DNA of 64,000 bases from positions 99,512-163,511 of the forward strand of contig CAZDDU010000001.1 of assembly GCA_964504255.1 (NCBI GenBank). The letters are read 5' to 3'. The notes under the pieces were generated by a model, which was given only the letters and a program-made list of their open reading frames with translations, ran no database searches and was not told the origin of the DNA. Shown here piece by piece: positions 28,993 to 38,673 of this stretch. Within the stretch, counting starts at the first letter, position 1, and each line of letters begins with the position of its first letter. A program made the position numbers and the translations under genes. Origin of the DNA: an uncultured Candidatus Saccharibacteria bacterium (GTDB lineage Bacteria > Patescibacteriota > Minisyncoccia > Phycocordibacterales > Zambryskibacteraceae).

Positions 28993-29829
28993 TTATTGGC
29001 GGATCAGGTTCGAGTAGTTGGGGACATCTCCAGCTTTCTCAGATTTATCGTTTATCAAATATTTTTTTCTTGCTTCGTCTATTGATAGATCTGTATCGAG
29101 TAGGCCGCTCTTCAAAGCGAGTTCGTCGGCTGAGGCTGTGAGATAGAGTTGCCAAGAGAGGGAAGAGATCCTGCCTGGTGTGATGTTGTTCACATGCTTG
29201 GCGATGCTTGAGGTACAACTAGCAAAGAGGGTGTTGTACCAAACTGGTTTCTCTACCAACTCATTCATCATACCTAGCATGTCCACCAAGAGTAGGCGAG
29301 GGTTCTCAGGGCTCGAGGTCTTAACAGGATAGACATAGACCTTGTCCTTTCGAACATTCGCTCTTAGTAGCACCACGTCTCTCTCGTCTGCTGCAATGTA
29401 GATAAGTGGATAGGTCTTAAGCATTCCTTTGCCCATACTATACTTTTGACCTTTAGCCTTTCTCGCTTCGATAGTAATAGCGAGGAAGTCGCCGTTCTTA
29501 AACTCGAAGGAGACGAAGGTGTGTGCAGCATAAGTCGCTTCGTTGAAGGGCTCAGTGATGTACCACACTTTCTCCACCTCACGCAGGTCATAAGTCTTGT
29601 CGTAGTAGTTGGGGATTATGTCTGCTTCAGTAGGTGAGTAACGGAAGTTTCTGACATTCCTCACTGTGACAAGGTCACCGTCGAACTCTGCAGTCGAAGC
29701 GATCTTCAAATGCTCTTGCCAGTCCGCATCTTTGGGAGGGGAGAGAAATGGTTTGTACACTACAATGAAAACAATCACCAACAACCCGAGTACAATCCAT
29801 TTCTTGTGAGATTTAATGAACTTAATCAT
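28993..29829 (-). CDS. DUF4105 (Lnb-like) domain protein
   Basis: AHTFVSFEF, ADERDV, YNTLFASCT. Confidence 0.85.
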   Translation of the reverse strand: MIKFIKSHKKWIVLGLLVIVFIVVYKPFLSPPKDADWQEHLKIASTAEFDGDLVTVRNVRNFRYSPTEADIIPNYYDKTYDLREVEKVWYITEPFNEATYAAHTFVSFEFKNGDFLAITIEARKAKGQKYSMGKGMLKTYPLIYIAADERDVVLLRANVRKDKVYVYPVKTSSPENPRLLLVDMLGMMNELVEKPVWYNTLFASCTSSIAKHVNNITPGRISSLSWQLYLTASADELALKSGLLDTDLSIDEARKKYLINDKSEKAGDVPNYSNLIRQ

Positions 29830-29845
29830 TCCTCAATCTTAGCAC

Positions 29846-30139
29846 TCATCTAAAGAGGAAGAAGAAGATGACAAGAGTAATCCCGCCGAAGGTCACGAGA
29901 GTTTTGAGGAAGAACCTGACCGATTCCTGCTTCTGTCCATCTAGATACATTTGTAGAGGGACGAAGACAAAGAAGTAGCCCATAGTCGCGACAGAGAGGG
30001 TGAGGAGAGAGATGAAGGCGATACCGCTGTACCACTTGTCTGGAGTGTTGGCGTAGCCCTTCTCCATAAGGTGCATGAATGTGCCCACTACTCCTATATA
30101 TAGACTCGCACACACTGCGTTTAAGTATGGATTTTTCAT
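29846..30139 (-). CDS. Small membrane protein
   Basis: Three TM segments. Confidence 0.7.
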   Translation of the reverse strand: MKNPYLNAVCASLYIGVVGTFMHLMEKGYANTPDKWYSGIAFISLLTLSVATMGYFFVFVPLQMYLDGQKQESVRFFLKTLVTFGGITLVIFFFLFR

Positions 30140-30187
30140 ATTTTCAATTATAACAAAAAGCCCCTCGCATACGCTCGGGGCGGGGAA

Positions 30188-30436
30188 CTATATACCCGTG
30201 GTGAGACGACCAGCCACTTCTTTGATGGTTGGATTACGACCCTTCTCGCGATGGAGGTCGGAGATAGCTTCGCTTACTCTCTGGCGGCTCTCCCTCACAT
30301 TCTGGTCATTGCCACCAGCGAGGATACGCAATTTCTCGAAGAGGTTGTTCACATCCTCACGGTCGAACTTCTTGTCCTTGGACATCCTCCAGATGATGAA
30401 GACCACAACGAGACTCCCTAGGATCTTCTCAAACAT
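30188..30436 (-). CDS. Hypothetical protein
   Basis: AGGAGG SD; terminator downstream. Confidence 0.55.
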   Translation of the reverse strand: MFEKILGSLVVVFIIWRMSKDKKFDREDVNNLFEKLRILAGGNDQNVRESRQRVSEAISDLHREKGRNPTIKEVAGRLTTGI

Positions 30437-30507
30437 CGTGTGCCTCCTGTGAGTGAGCTTGAGTCTAGACTAAAGATATCACAAATTTGGAAGAGTTCGC
30501 AGTTTCA

Positions 30508-30975
30508 TTAAATTAGGTCAGATAAATTATTTTCTTTGATGAAGTTTTTAAAACTTTTAAGTGCTTCGTTGTAACCAGCGGGCGGAAAATAAACTCCATC
30601 TCTGCTTATCGTAGCGGTAATTTGCATTTTGTGTCTCCCAACATGATTTTTATCGATCAATTTCATTTCACGATCGGTTTTTAAGTATTTGATACCCTTA
30701 TCATTGTTTATTAGAAAGAAATCAACAGTTTGTGTATCGTCCTTTTTTATATAGAAGAGCTCAAGAATGAATCCAGAATTATCTGAACTTAAAGATGGTT
30801 CAACCGAGTATAATACTCCATCCTTGTTTCTTATTTTTATTCCTTCTGATGATAATAATTTGATTATTCTTGCAGTCCATTCTTTTGGTCTACCATAAGT
30901 TTCTAACATCAATTCTCTAATCCCATAATACGAATCTGGATATTGAGATATAAAATGTTTATCTAGGTCAATCAT
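30508..30975 (-). CDS. AT-rich hypothetical protein
   Basis: ATG 5 nt past the 3' end of tRNA-Ser(GCU); visibly AT-rich. Confidence 0.6.
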   Translation of the reverse strand: MIDLDKHFISQYPDSYYGIRELMLETYGRPKEWTARIIKLLSSEGIKIRNKDGVLYSVEPSLSSDNSGFILELFYIKKDDTQTVDFFLINNDKGIKYLKTDREMKLIDKNHVGRHKMQITATISRDGVYFPPAGYNEALKSFKNFIKENNLSDLI

Positions 30976-30980
30976 TATAG

Positions 30981-31069
30981 CGGAGACGGGGAGATTCGAA
31001 CTCCCGAGGCCTTTTAAAGGGCCTGCCTCTTTAGCAAAGAGGTACGTTAGACCACTCTGACACGTCTCC
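30981..31069 (-). tRNA. tRNA-Ser (GCU)
   Basis: cctct-ttGCTaa-agagg, long variable arm, G73. Confidence 0.93.
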
Positions 31070-31214
31070 AAACATTCAAATTAGAGGCTAGTTAGACTTC
31101 ACCCCGCCAGGGCGGGGCAAGCTCTGACACGTCTCCAGAATGTGGTCAATTTAGCATAATTGGCCATTTTTAGCGAAGACGCTTTCTGCTATAATCGGCT
31201 CTTAAGTAGCCCAA

Positions 31215-31301
31215 GGAGAGATGGATGAGTGGTTTAAATCAACAGTTTACTAAACTGTCGTTCCTTAATTGGAACCGCGAGTTCGAATCTCGCTCTCTCC
31301 G
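31215..31301 (+). tRNA. tRNA-Ser (ACU), atypical A34
   Basis: GGAGAGA/TCTCTCC acceptor, acagt-ttACTaa-actgt, long variable arm, G73. Confidence 0.88.
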
Positions 31302-31325
31302 CATGTGTGCCTCTATAATAGAGAG

Positions 31326-31565
31326 ATGAAAATATGGGTTAAGGCACGGACGGGGGCGAAGGTGGATGAAGTGGTGTCTCCACAAGCTAGACTCATACCA
31401 CAAGAGGAGGAATGGTATGTGGTGAAGACGAAGGCCGAGCCCGTGGAAGGGAAGGCGAATGAGGCCATCACCATCCTTCTTGCAGAGCACTTTGGTGTGG
31501 CTAGGTCACAAGTGAGACTCATAAGAGGGGCGACCTCGAAGCAAAAAATTTTCGAGATAAAATAG
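31326..31565 (+). CDS. DUF167/YggU family protein
   Basis: PVEGKANEAI..LLAEHFGV, GATSKQK. Confidence 0.88.
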   Translation: MKIWVKARTGAKVDEVVSPQARLIPQEEEWYVVKTKAEPVEGKANEAITILLAEHFGVARSQVRLIRGATSKQKIFEIK

Positions 31566-31616
31566 ATTTTACGTGACGCACGAAAATCTATTTTATTGGT
31601 AAGATAGATACAAATT

Positions 31617-32105
31617 ATGACTAAAAAGATTGTACTAGCGGGTGGGTGTTTCTGGGGTTTGGAGGATTTAATAAGGAGTCAGCCAGGGGTGGTGAATACC
31701 GAGGTGGGTTACACTGGCGGAGAAAACCCTGATCCAACTTATGCGAACCACCCAGGTCACGCAGAAGCGGTCGAGATAGAGTACGACCCAGAGATCACCA
31801 CATACAAAAAGCTTTTGGACTTCTTCTTCCAGATACATAACCCTACGACTCTGAATCAGCAGGGTAACGACATCGGTACTTCATACAGGTCTGCAATATT
31901 CTATGCGAATGACGAAGAGCGAGGGGAGGCGGAGAAGTTTATCAAGATTGTGGATGACTCGAAGAGGTGGCCGAAGCCAGTGGTCACGAGTCTTGAGCCT
32001 CTAACTAAGTTCTACAAAGCAGAGGAGTATCATCAAGACTACTTACAGAAGAATGTTGGAGGCTACACCTGCCACGCCATCTGGTTCGATAGTTATTTGA
32101 AATAG
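31617..32105 (+). CDS. msrA: Peptide methionine sulfoxide reductase A
   Basis: [20 protein letters not shown]. Confidence 0.96.
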   Translation: MTKKIVLAGGCFWGLEDLIRSQPGVVNTEVGYTGGENPDPTYANHPGHAEAVEIEYDPEITTYKKLLDFFFQIHNPTTLNQQGNDIGTSYRSAIFYANDEERGEAEKFIKIVDDSKRWPKPVVTSLEPLTKFYKAEEYHQDYLQKNVGGYTCHAIWFDSYLK

Positions 32106-32120
32106 GAGTAAAATAGATAA

Positions 32121-32516
32121 ATGAACACATACAATTGGTATTCGACACTTATTAAGCCTACTTGGGCGCCACCGGCCTTCCTCTTCGGACCAGTGTGGTC
32201 TGTACTCTACCTGCTTATTGCCATCTCCTTCGGCTTTGTCTTCTATAAGGTGTGGCAAGGCGAGTTGCCTAAGATTGTACTCTTGCCCTTCGTGCTTAAC
32301 CTCATCTTCAACTTCGCCTTCACTCCACTTCAGTTTGGCCTGCAAAATAACCTCCTCGCCTCTATAGATATCTTGCTTGTACTCGGAACACTGGTCTGGA
32401 CTCTATTCTCTATATTTAGCTACATACCTTGGGTCGCCTTCATCAATATCCCGTACTTACTCTGGGTCTCCTTCGCTACTTGTTTACAATTAACCATAAC
32501 TTACTTAAATAGATAA
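32121..32516 (+). CDS. tspO: TspO/MBR family protein
   Basis: WYSTLIKPTWAPP..FGPVWSVLY, PYLLWVSFA. Confidence 0.9.
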   Translation: MNTYNWYSTLIKPTWAPPAFLFGPVWSVLYLLIAISFGFVFYKVWQGELPKIVLLPFVLNLIFNFAFTPLQFGLQNNLLASIDILLVLGTLVWTLFSIFSYIPWVAFINIPYLLWVSFATCLQLTITYLNR

Positions 32517-32517
32517 C

Positions 32518-32916
32518 ATGTTCATAAAATTATACTCGATCGCACTACCAGTATTCTTTGCTATTGATATGTTTTGGCTTGGGGTGGTGTCTAAGGATTT
32601 TTATCGTGCACAAATAGGCACACTCATGAAGTCAGATGTGAATTGGACCGCAGCCATCATCTTCTATCTCATCTTTATAGCTGGCCTAGTGGTATTTGTC
32701 ATATCACCAGCAATGGAACGAGGTTCGTGGACACACGCACTTATCTTCGGTGCGTTGTTTGGTTTAGTTTGTTATGCCACCTATGACCTAACGAATTTGG
32801 CTGTAGCGAAGGATTGGCCGCTTCTAGTGACGATCGTTGATTTGGCATGGGGGGCGGTGCTCGCTGCCTCAGTTTCAGTTGTGACATATTTTATCGGAGC
32901 TAAGCTTGGTTTATGA
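32518..32916 (+). CDS. DUF2177 family membrane protein
   Basis: YATYDLTNLA..WP..VDLAWG. Confidence 0.88.
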   Translation: MFIKLYSIALPVFFAIDMFWLGVVSKDFYRAQIGTLMKSDVNWTAAIIFYLIFIAGLVVFVISPAMERGSWTHALIFGALFGLVCYATYDLTNLAVAKDWPLLVTIVDLAWGAVLAASVSVVTYFIGAKLGL

Positions 32917-33677
32917 ATTATTATTTAACTCTAGCCTTAGTATTGTTTGTGTACATGAGTCTTTGGTTTGTAGTTTCTTTGATCAAGAGAAGAAATGATG
33001 TAGCGGATGTGGCATGGGGTTTGGGTTTTGTACTTTTGGCATGGACATCTTATTTCCTTTCTGAGGACTCAGATGTGCGTGGAGTTCTGGTAAACATACT
33101 AGTGAGTATTTGGGGACTGCGCTTAGCGTGGCACATTCATAAGAGGAACAAGAACAAGACCGAGGATTATCGTTATTTAGCATGGCGTAAGGAGTGGGGG
33201 GCATGGTTCTACCCACGCTCGTATTTGCAGGTCTATCTTTTGCAGGGATTTCTACTCTTCTTGATCGTTTCTCCTGTACTTTTGATCAACAAGGGGCAGG
33301 GTTCGTCTCTTGGCTGGATCGATCTTGCTGGTGTAGTGGTGTGGCTCGTTGGTTTTTGTTTTGAGGCGATCGGTGACGCACAGCTAGCACAATTTATTAA
33401 AAATCCATCTAATGGAGGCAAATTGATGCAGAGTGGTCTCTGGGCATATACTCGTCATCCAAATTACTTTGGAGAGGTAACTCAGTGGTGGGGTATTTGG
33501 CTTATAGCACTCTCAGTTTCGGGAGGAGTGTTTACTATTATTGGTCCTCTCACAATTACTTTTTTGATTTTGAAGGTCTCTGGCGTCCCAATGCTCGAAA
33601 GGAAGATGGAAGAGAATCCAGACTTCGCTGAGTATAAGCGTAGAGTAAGTATGTTTGTGCCTTTGCCTAGAAGATAG
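32913..33677 (+). CDS. DUF1295 (steroid reductase/ICMT-like) membrane protein
   Basis: DVAWG, EDYRY, GLWAYTRHPNYFGE. Confidence 0.9.
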   Translation: MNYYLTLALVLFVYMSLWFVVSLIKRRNDVADVAWGLGFVLLAWTSYFLSEDSDVRGVLVNILVSIWGLRLAWHIHKRNKNKTEDYRYLAWRKEWGAWFYPRSYLQVYLLQGFLLFLIVSPVLLINKGQGSSLGWIDLAGVVVWLVGFCFEAIGDAQLAQFIKNPSNGGKLMQSGLWAYTRHPNYFGEVTQWWGIWLIALSVSGGVFTIIGPLTITFLILKVSGVPMLERKMEENPDFAEYKRRVSMFVPLPRR

Positions 33678-33774
33678 TTCTAATCCGCATCTGGGTTATA
33701 TAAATATTCAATTTGTATTAGACACCTCGGTGTGGTATTAAATGGTTAGACACAGAACCTAAATGGGGGAGACA

Positions 33775-34215
33775 ATGGGTGTTCACGAGAAGATCAGGCG
33801 AGAAGATCTGAAGGTCGAGGTGTTCAAGTCAGTGACTGAGAACCACCGCCTCGAGCTATGCCCGAAGTGTGGTGAGGGGGTCGAGAGACCGACGTGCTTC
33901 TCTGGCAGAGAAGACTTGCAGTACGGCGCTCCGGGCTCAGGCTCTGCGAAGGTGATCTGCCACAAGTGCAGTATCGTCTGGGAGCTCCAGCTCTTCAACT
34001 GGACGAATGAGAACGGTGATGGCACGATCAGGGGTGAGGGTCATCGCATCACGCTTCTCGCCTTCGCGAACTGCTTCTGCCGCAGGTCGCTCATAGATCA
34101 TCATCCAGCCTCCATTCACATTCACGAAGGAGTGGATCATTCTCGACTTGACTCACCTTGTGGCTCGACGAGGAGTCAGAGGGGGACGGTGGTCATGAAG
34201 AATCTCGAGTACTAG
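33775..34215 (+). CDS. Hypothetical Cys-rich (Zn-ribbon-like) protein
   Basis: CPKC and CHKC pairs; SD and terminator. Confidence 0.6.
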   Translation: MGVHEKIRREDLKVEVFKSVTENHRLELCPKCGEGVERPTCFSGREDLQYGAPGSGSAKVICHKCSIVWELQLFNWTNENGDGTIRGEGHRITLLAFANCFCRRSLIDHHPASIHIHEGVDHSRLDSPCGSTRSQRGTVVMKNLEY

Positions 34216-34259
34216 ACCTCATTTGAGGTCTTTTTCTTTAAATGAGATAAAATAGACAG

Positions 34260-35177
34260 ATGTCCATTCAAAATTTTCAGGATAAACAAAAAATAATTCC
34301 ATCACTTTGGTTCGACAATAATTGTGAGGAGGCTATCAACTTCTACGCTTCCATCATTCCGAACTCGAAGATCACTACTATCAAGCGCTATCCAACTGAC
34401 TTCCAAGTTGGTCCCATTCCAGGTATGGGAGGTAAGGTGCTTACAGCGGTATTTGAGTTAGCTGGAGAGAAGTTCATGGCCTTAGACGGAGGAGACTACT
34501 TTAAGTTTAACCCTACAGTGTCACTAACCATCACTTGCCCAACAGTTGAAGAGACAGAAGAGATGTACAAGAAGCTCTCAGAGGGAGGTGAGACCCTCAT
34601 GCCATTCCAAAAATATCCATGGGCCGAGAGATATGGGTGGTTCAAGGATAGGTTCGGACTATCCTGGCAGATTAATCTTGAGCCCGGAGCGGTCAAGATC
34701 GTGCCTTCGATGATGTTTGTCGGCAAGTACTTTGGACATGTCGAGGAGGCACTCGACTTCTACACTTCAATATTCAAAAATTCTTCAAAGCACATGGTGG
34801 TTAAATACGAGGAGGGGGACAGTGATGTAACAGGGAAGGTGAAGTACTCGAGCTTCTCACTTGAGAACCACCCCTTTGTCGCGATGGAGAGTAGCGCGGA
34901 CCACAAGTTCGAGCCGAACGGAGCAATTTCCTTTACCGTTGATTGTGAGGATCAGGCCGAGACAGATTATTATGCAGACAAGCTCTCGGCGAACCCTGAG
35001 AATGATCAGTGTGGCTGGGTACAAGACAAATACGGCTTCTCTTGGCAGATAATACCTAAGGGTATGGGGGAATTGGTTACTGGGCCCGACAAAGCTGGAG
35101 CAGACAGAGCTCTCAAGGCCATGTTACAGATGAAGAGGATCAATCTGGCTAAGCTTGAGGAGGCATATAAGGGCTAA
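34260..35177 (+). CDS. VOC family protein (tandem PhnB/3-dmu-9-like domains)
   Basis: Two repeats: WFKDRFGLSWQI and WVQDKYGFSWQI. Confidence 0.9.
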   Translation: MSIQNFQDKQKIIPSLWFDNNCEEAINFYASIIPNSKITTIKRYPTDFQVGPIPGMGGKVLTAVFELAGEKFMALDGGDYFKFNPTVSLTITCPTVEETEEMYKKLSEGGETLMPFQKYPWAERYGWFKDRFGLSWQINLEPGAVKIVPSMMFVGKYFGHVEEALDFYTSIFKNSSKHMVVKYEEGDSDVTGKVKYSSFSLENHPFVAMESSADHKFEPNGAISFTVDCEDQAETDYYADKLSANPENDQCGWVQDKYGFSWQIIPKGMGELVTGPDKAGADRALKAMLQMKRINLAKLEEAYKG

Positions 35178-35262
35178 TTTGACCTTCAAAACCATTGTTG
35201 TTAAATGGTCTGAATGGTATATAGTAGATTGGTAACTAAATTTAATAAGAAAGATCAAAAAC

Positions 35263-35709
35263 ATGGATAGCAATATGCAAAGTGCTTGGTACAAGAACAA
35301 GATAGTCCTCGGCGTTGTGCTTATAGTAGTCGTGGCTCTAGGCTTGGTACTCTTCGGTGGCGATAAGGCACCAAAGACTGAGGGTGGTGTAGTAGGAGAG
35401 GTAACAGAGACAACCAATGTCGAGCCAAAGACTGGCGAGATCGCAGTCACAGGTAAGCTCGGTTGTACTCCATTAAAGAGTGGTGCTCAGCCAAGTGCTG
35501 ATCAATGTGTCTTGGGACTCGTTGGTTCTGATGGTAAGTTCTACGCTCTTGAGACCTCAAAGATCGAGATGGCAGAAAGTGGTATCGAACCTAACTCAAC
35601 CATCAAGGTTGTAGGTGTTTACACCAAGATCGATGCTGCAAGTGAGGAGGCAGGAGTTTTCAAGTATGACGGTGTGATGGCCGTTAGACTAATGGTGATA
35701 AACAAATAA
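35263..35709 (+). CDS. Membrane-anchored hypothetical protein
   Basis: CTPLKSG..CVLGL..DGKFYAL; paralog of next gene. Confidence 0.7.
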   Translation: MDSNMQSAWYKNKIVLGVVLIVVVALGLVLFGGDKAPKTEGGVVGEVTETTNVEPKTGEIAVTGKLGCTPLKSGAQPSADQCVLGLVGSDGKFYALETSKIEMAESGIEPNSTIKVVGVYTKIDAASEEAGVFKYDGVMAVRLMVINK

Positions 35710-35710
35710 T

Positions 35711-36118
35711 ATGCCAAGGAATTTAGCAATCGCAGTTGTAGCTATTGCCCTTATAGGTGGAGGCTATCTGCTCAAGAATAATAGTGTTCCTCAGGTTGCT
35801 ACTACTCCCTCTGACACTAACTTGGCTCTCGTATCCTTCGAGGCTAGAACTGGTGAGATAGATGCGACCGGGACACTAGACTGTACTCCACACAAGAGTG
35901 GCAAGCCTGTAGCTGAGGGCGAGTGTGTCATGGGTCTCAAGGCCGATGATGGTAAGTTCTACTCACTCGACACTTCTAAGATGGAAGACGCCAAGGGTTC
36001 AACACTTGAGAAGGTTAGAGTGCTCGGAATGCTCGTTCTTACAGATGCAGAGAATGAAGAAGTTGGCGACTACGCATACGATGGAGTTATCACAGTTAGA
36101 GCGATAGAGGCTAACTAG
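35711..36118 (+). CDS. Membrane-anchored hypothetical protein (paralog of previous)
   Basis: CTPHKSG..CVMGL..DGKFYSL. Confidence 0.7.
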   Translation: MPRNLAIAVVAIALIGGGYLLKNNSVPQVATTPSDTNLALVSFEARTGEIDATGTLDCTPHKSGKPVAEGECVMGLKADDGKFYSLDTSKMEDAKGSTLEKVRVLGMLVLTDAENEEVGDYAYDGVITVRAIEAN

Positions 36119-36134
36119 CCCTTCCGAATTAGGA

Positions 36135-36785
36135 CTAGTGCGCTAGAGTAAAGCAAATAATCTTCTTCGCACCTGACTCGCGAAGAGCCCGACGGGCGTC
36201 ACCTAAGGTGGCGCCCGTTGTTGTTACATCATCTATGAGTATTGTGTTTCTATCCTTCACAAGTTCTGGATCTTTGACATCCACGGTGTTACTCATGTTT
36301 GCTATTCTTTCTTTTCTATTCTTTGTATGTGTCTGGCTCTCAGTATGCACCACCCTTCTTAGTGAGGTAGGGGAGTACTCAAACAAGTTTTCTGTATCAA
36401 GCTTTTTCATGGCCTTACAGAGCAATTCAGTTTGATTGTAACCTCGCTCGAGCCTGCGTCTCTTAGATATGGGTACGGGGATGAGGAGGGGGTTAACGAA
36501 ATTCTCTGTCACGACTCTCTCCAAGATCTCTGTTGAGACTGTGTCGTATAATACTTGCGCTACATTTTCTATAATCTTCTCATTTCTCCTGTACTTTATC
36601 TCCCAGATGATGGTGCGGACATTCTCGTCAGCATAGTTCCATATAGCGATAGTATCATTGCTCAAGCCTTTCGCTGGGGTGAGCTTCACTAGTAAATATT
36701 CGGGTTTGAGACTCTCTAGAGCGATCACTCTGGAGTCCTTAGGATAGAGGAAATCGAATAAGCTAGAGATAAATGCTCTAAACAT
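36135..36785 (-). CDS. comF: ComF family competence protein
   Basis: PVP..RR..RGYNQ, ILIDDVTTTGATL. Confidence 0.9.
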   Translation of the reverse strand: MFRAFISSLFDFLYPKDSRVIALESLKPEYLLVKLTPAKGLSNDTIAIWNYADENVRTIIWEIKYRRNEKIIENVAQVLYDTVSTEILERVVTENFVNPLLIPVPISKRRRLERGYNQTELLCKAMKKLDTENLFEYSPTSLRRVVHTESQTHTKNRKERIANMSNTVDVKDPELVKDRNTILIDDVTTTGATLGDARRALRESGAKKIICFTLAH

Positions 36786-36804
36786 AATGTATAATGAGCA
36801 TTAT

Positions 36805-37911
36805 ATGGCATTTCTCGGGAAGTTCTTTGGTAAGAAAGAGTCTCCTTCCGTCGTCGGGGTAGATATCGGCTCTTCTGCTATCAAAGTTGTTCAGATTAAG
36901 AAGAAGAGCGGTCAAGCAGTGCTCGAGACTTACGGCGAGCTCGCTCTTGGTCCATACGGAGGTGCGTCTATAGGCCAGGCGGTAAACTTACCCCAAGACA
37001 AAGTAGCCTCAGCTCTATTCGACCTTATGCGAGAGAAGGAGGTCAACATCACCACCACTCAAGCGGGAATCTCTATACCGTTCGGTTCCTCTCTAATGTC
37101 GGTAATTGAGATGCCAGAGGTTAGTCAAAAGCAACTCGAGGTGATGGTCCCTATCGAAGCGAGGAAGTATATACCAGTACCTGTGAACGAGGTGATGCTC
37201 GACTGGTCGGTCATCCCCAAGCCTTCGAATCCAAATGATGATGAGGACGAGGATAAGAAGAACGCTTTGAAGCGCATCGATGTGCTTGTAGTCGCTATAC
37301 ACAACGACACTATTGCTCGGTATCAAAATATTATTCAAAAGGCTGGGCTCGAACCAGGGTTCTTCGAGATAGAGATTTTCTCCACAATGAGGAGTGTGGT
37401 AGATGAGAGTCTGACCCCGGTCATGGTTATGGATATGGGCGCGGCCTCAACCAAGCTCTACATTATTGAGCGAGGGATCATCCGCGCCTCGCATACAGTG
37501 AATCGCGGGGCTCAAGACATTACCTCTGCCATTGCTCAGTCACTTGGACTCTCAATCGAGAAGGCCGAGATCATGAAGAGAGAGATTGGGGCATCGGGGC
37601 AGGATCCGACTCTGGCCAAGATTATTTCTCTCGTACTCGACTTCATCTTTGCCGAGACCAACAGGACGCTACTCAACTTCGAGAAGAAGTACAACAAGAG
37701 TGTCTCGAAGGTGGTACTTGTCGGTGGTGGAGCAGCAATGAAGGGGTTGAATGAACTCACCAAGAATGCCTTCAAGACTGAGGCGGTGATGGGGAACCCC
37801 TTCGGCAAGCTTGCCACCCCAGCATTTATAGAGAATATTTTGAAAGAGACTGGTCCAGAGTTCGCTGTAGCCATTGGCTCAGCACTTAGGAGACTAAATG
37901 ATCTTAATTAG
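36805..37911 (+). CDS. pilM: Type IV pilus assembly protein PilM
   Basis: GVDIGSSAIKVV, EARKYIP, LVGGGA. Confidence 0.92.
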   Translation: MAFLGKFFGKKESPSVVGVDIGSSAIKVVQIKKKSGQAVLETYGELALGPYGGASIGQAVNLPQDKVASALFDLMREKEVNITTTQAGISIPFGSSLMSVIEMPEVSQKQLEVMVPIEARKYIPVPVNEVMLDWSVIPKPSNPNDDEDEDKKNALKRIDVLVVAIHNDTIARYQNIIQKAGLEPGFFEIEIFSTMRSVVDESLTPVMVMDMGAASTKLYIIERGIIRASHTVNRGAQDITSAIAQSLGLSIEKAEIMKREIGASGQDPTLAKIISLVLDFIFAETNRTLLNFEKKYNKSVSKVVLVGGGAAMKGLNELTKNAFKTEAVMGNPFGKLATPAFIENILKETGPEFAVAIGSALRRLNDLN

Positions 37912-38000
37912 GTCGAAGTGCTTGTGCTGAGAGACTGAAAGAGTCGAAGTGTGTATAGAACTCTGTGTTTGTGTGCCAACTTGTTCTATAATTTAGAAAG

Positions 38001-38672
38001 ATGGAACCGAAATTCCAATCATCATTCATACCCAAAGGACCGTTGGCAACAACCGGCACTGTAACCAAGACTTCTCGCCAATCAAACACGAGTTTCCTTG
38101 GTACTTTGGCTGTATTTGTTTTCGTCCTGTCTATACTTGCTACCTTAGGTGCTGCGGGTTACGAATATTATTTGAAGAAGGATATCGGCAACCTGGCAGA
38201 GAAACTCCTTGCCGCTAAGTCTACCCTCGAACCAGAGATCATCCAGAAGATCAGTGACTTAGATGAGCGTATTAACGCCACAGAGAGTTTGTTGAACCAA
38301 CACATTATCCTCAGCCCTCTCTTTGCATATCTTGAATCCTATACTGTTAAGACTGTTCAATTGACTCATTTCAAATATGCTTCTGAAGATGGGGTACTCA
38401 AGCTCTCTATGCGAGGTAAGTCTCGCGGGTACTCTACATTGGCTTACCAAGCACAACTCTTTAACAGTAGTGATTTTATGAGGGATGTTGTCTTTGGGGA
38501 CTTGTCCCTCGATGAGACGGGTAATGTGGACTTCACCTTCAAGGCCATTCTTGAACCATCAATAATTGCGTTTAAAAGTGGGGATGATGAAGTGGTCGAG
38601 ATAGAGACAGCACCAGAGGCTGCCGGAGTAGGAATCCAGGACGCAGTTACAACTAACGGAACCACACAATAA
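38001..38672 (+). CDS. PilN-like protein
   Basis: SFIPK N-terminus, one TM, follows pilM. Confidence 0.7.
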   Translation: MEPKFQSSFIPKGPLATTGTVTKTSRQSNTSFLGTLAVFVFVLSILATLGAAGYEYYLKKDIGNLAEKLLAAKSTLEPEIIQKISDLDERINATESLLNQHIILSPLFAYLESYTVKTVQLTHFKYASEDGVLKLSMRGKSRGYSTLAYQAQLFNSSDFMRDVVFGDLSLDETGNVDFTFKAILEPSIIAFKSGDDEVVEIETAPEAAGVGIQDAVTTNGTTQ

Positions 38673-38673
38673 C

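Noticed and set aside
30480-30507. Third att scar (GRVRSF) after the gene flanking tRNA-Ser
   Set aside because: Single weak match with no duplicated tRNA 3' end
30976-31071. N-terminal extension of ORF 30508-31071
   Set aside because: Runs through tRNA-Ser(GCU); real start likely 30975
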